Positions 63,491 to 64,000 of a stretch of DNA of 64,000 bases are shown in pieces. The stretch spans positions 174,778,001-174,842,000 of the forward strand of contig NC_042998.1 of assembly GCF_006345805.1 (NCBI RefSeq). The letters are read 5' to 3'. Origin of the DNA: Octopus sinensis (lineage: Eukaryota). Positions within the stretch are counted from its first letter, which is position 1; each line of letters opens with the position of its first letter. Made by a program: the position numbers and the translations under genes. The notes below the pieces were generated by a model, which searched no databases, was not told where the DNA came from, and saw nothing but the letters and a program-made list of their open reading frames with translations.

Positions 63491-64000
63491 AAGAATTATT
63501 AATGTTTGGTGAGTAAATAGAACAGACAGGAGTAGGACTTTGATGTTTTACTACTTATCACTGTCGCCAGGAGATATTATTGGCTAGAATAAATGTCATG
63601 TGGTGTATCTGTTTGCATAGACGTTTAGTATTCATAATTATTTTATTAATAAGTATGGAACTGTTGAGTAAGCTGCGCCCTCTCTACTACGCATATTGAT
63701 GTTGAGGGTTCGCTGTCAGAGAGATGATCTACTATACGCATTATTAGGTGCTCTGTCATTTCTGTTTCATCACATCCTACCACACATTGTTTCCTATTTC
63801 CTTTTTATATCCATAATTCTTGATACTGAATTTCATCTGGTATTATACCTTCCTTTGCCAGTCTGTATTCCTGTTGTGCCATTCTCCTTCTCTCCTTATC
63901 CTCTTGTTCATTACTATAATTTGTATTCTTCTTTTATATCTACTTTTGCCTCACTAATAAAATTGCATTCTGGCTCTGTCCTAATAATATCGATTCACTT

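Overview
Eukaryotic, AT-rich, repeat-dominated DNA. It is most likely an octopus (cephalopod) genome, inferred from the SINE families and the dense (TACA)n/(ATC)n/(TAA)n microsatellites; this is not database-confirmed. The only host protein-coding gene I can support is the 5' end of a minus-strand TCP11-family gene, with coding exons at 4355-4475 and 1351-1462. It probably has a non-coding first exon and an ETS/CRE promoter near 23.2-23.8 kb, and it continues off the left edge of the window. The rest is a nested collection of mobile elements: at least five SINE-like families; LINE relics (Tx1/L1, CR1, RTE, R4/Dong-like, CRE-like); Penelope-like fragments; a Gypsy gag fragment; Tc1/mariner, pogo-like, hAT and MULE-like DNA transposon relics; and MITEs. 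The most interesting signals are a type-I hammerhead ribozyme fold with a 97-nt stem II (32322-32457, minus), a second decayed minimal hammerhead (4909-4943), (TAA)n-targeted retroelements stacked with an unexplained 557-bp non-coding element, a 416-bp fold-back palindrome centred on a microsatellite, and a 278-bp direct duplication bracketing a Tx1 fragment. Most ORFs in the supplied track are microsatellite or antisense-TE artefacts. Repeat boundaries were read by eye and are approximate (about +/-10-20 bp) unless a TSD or TIR is given.
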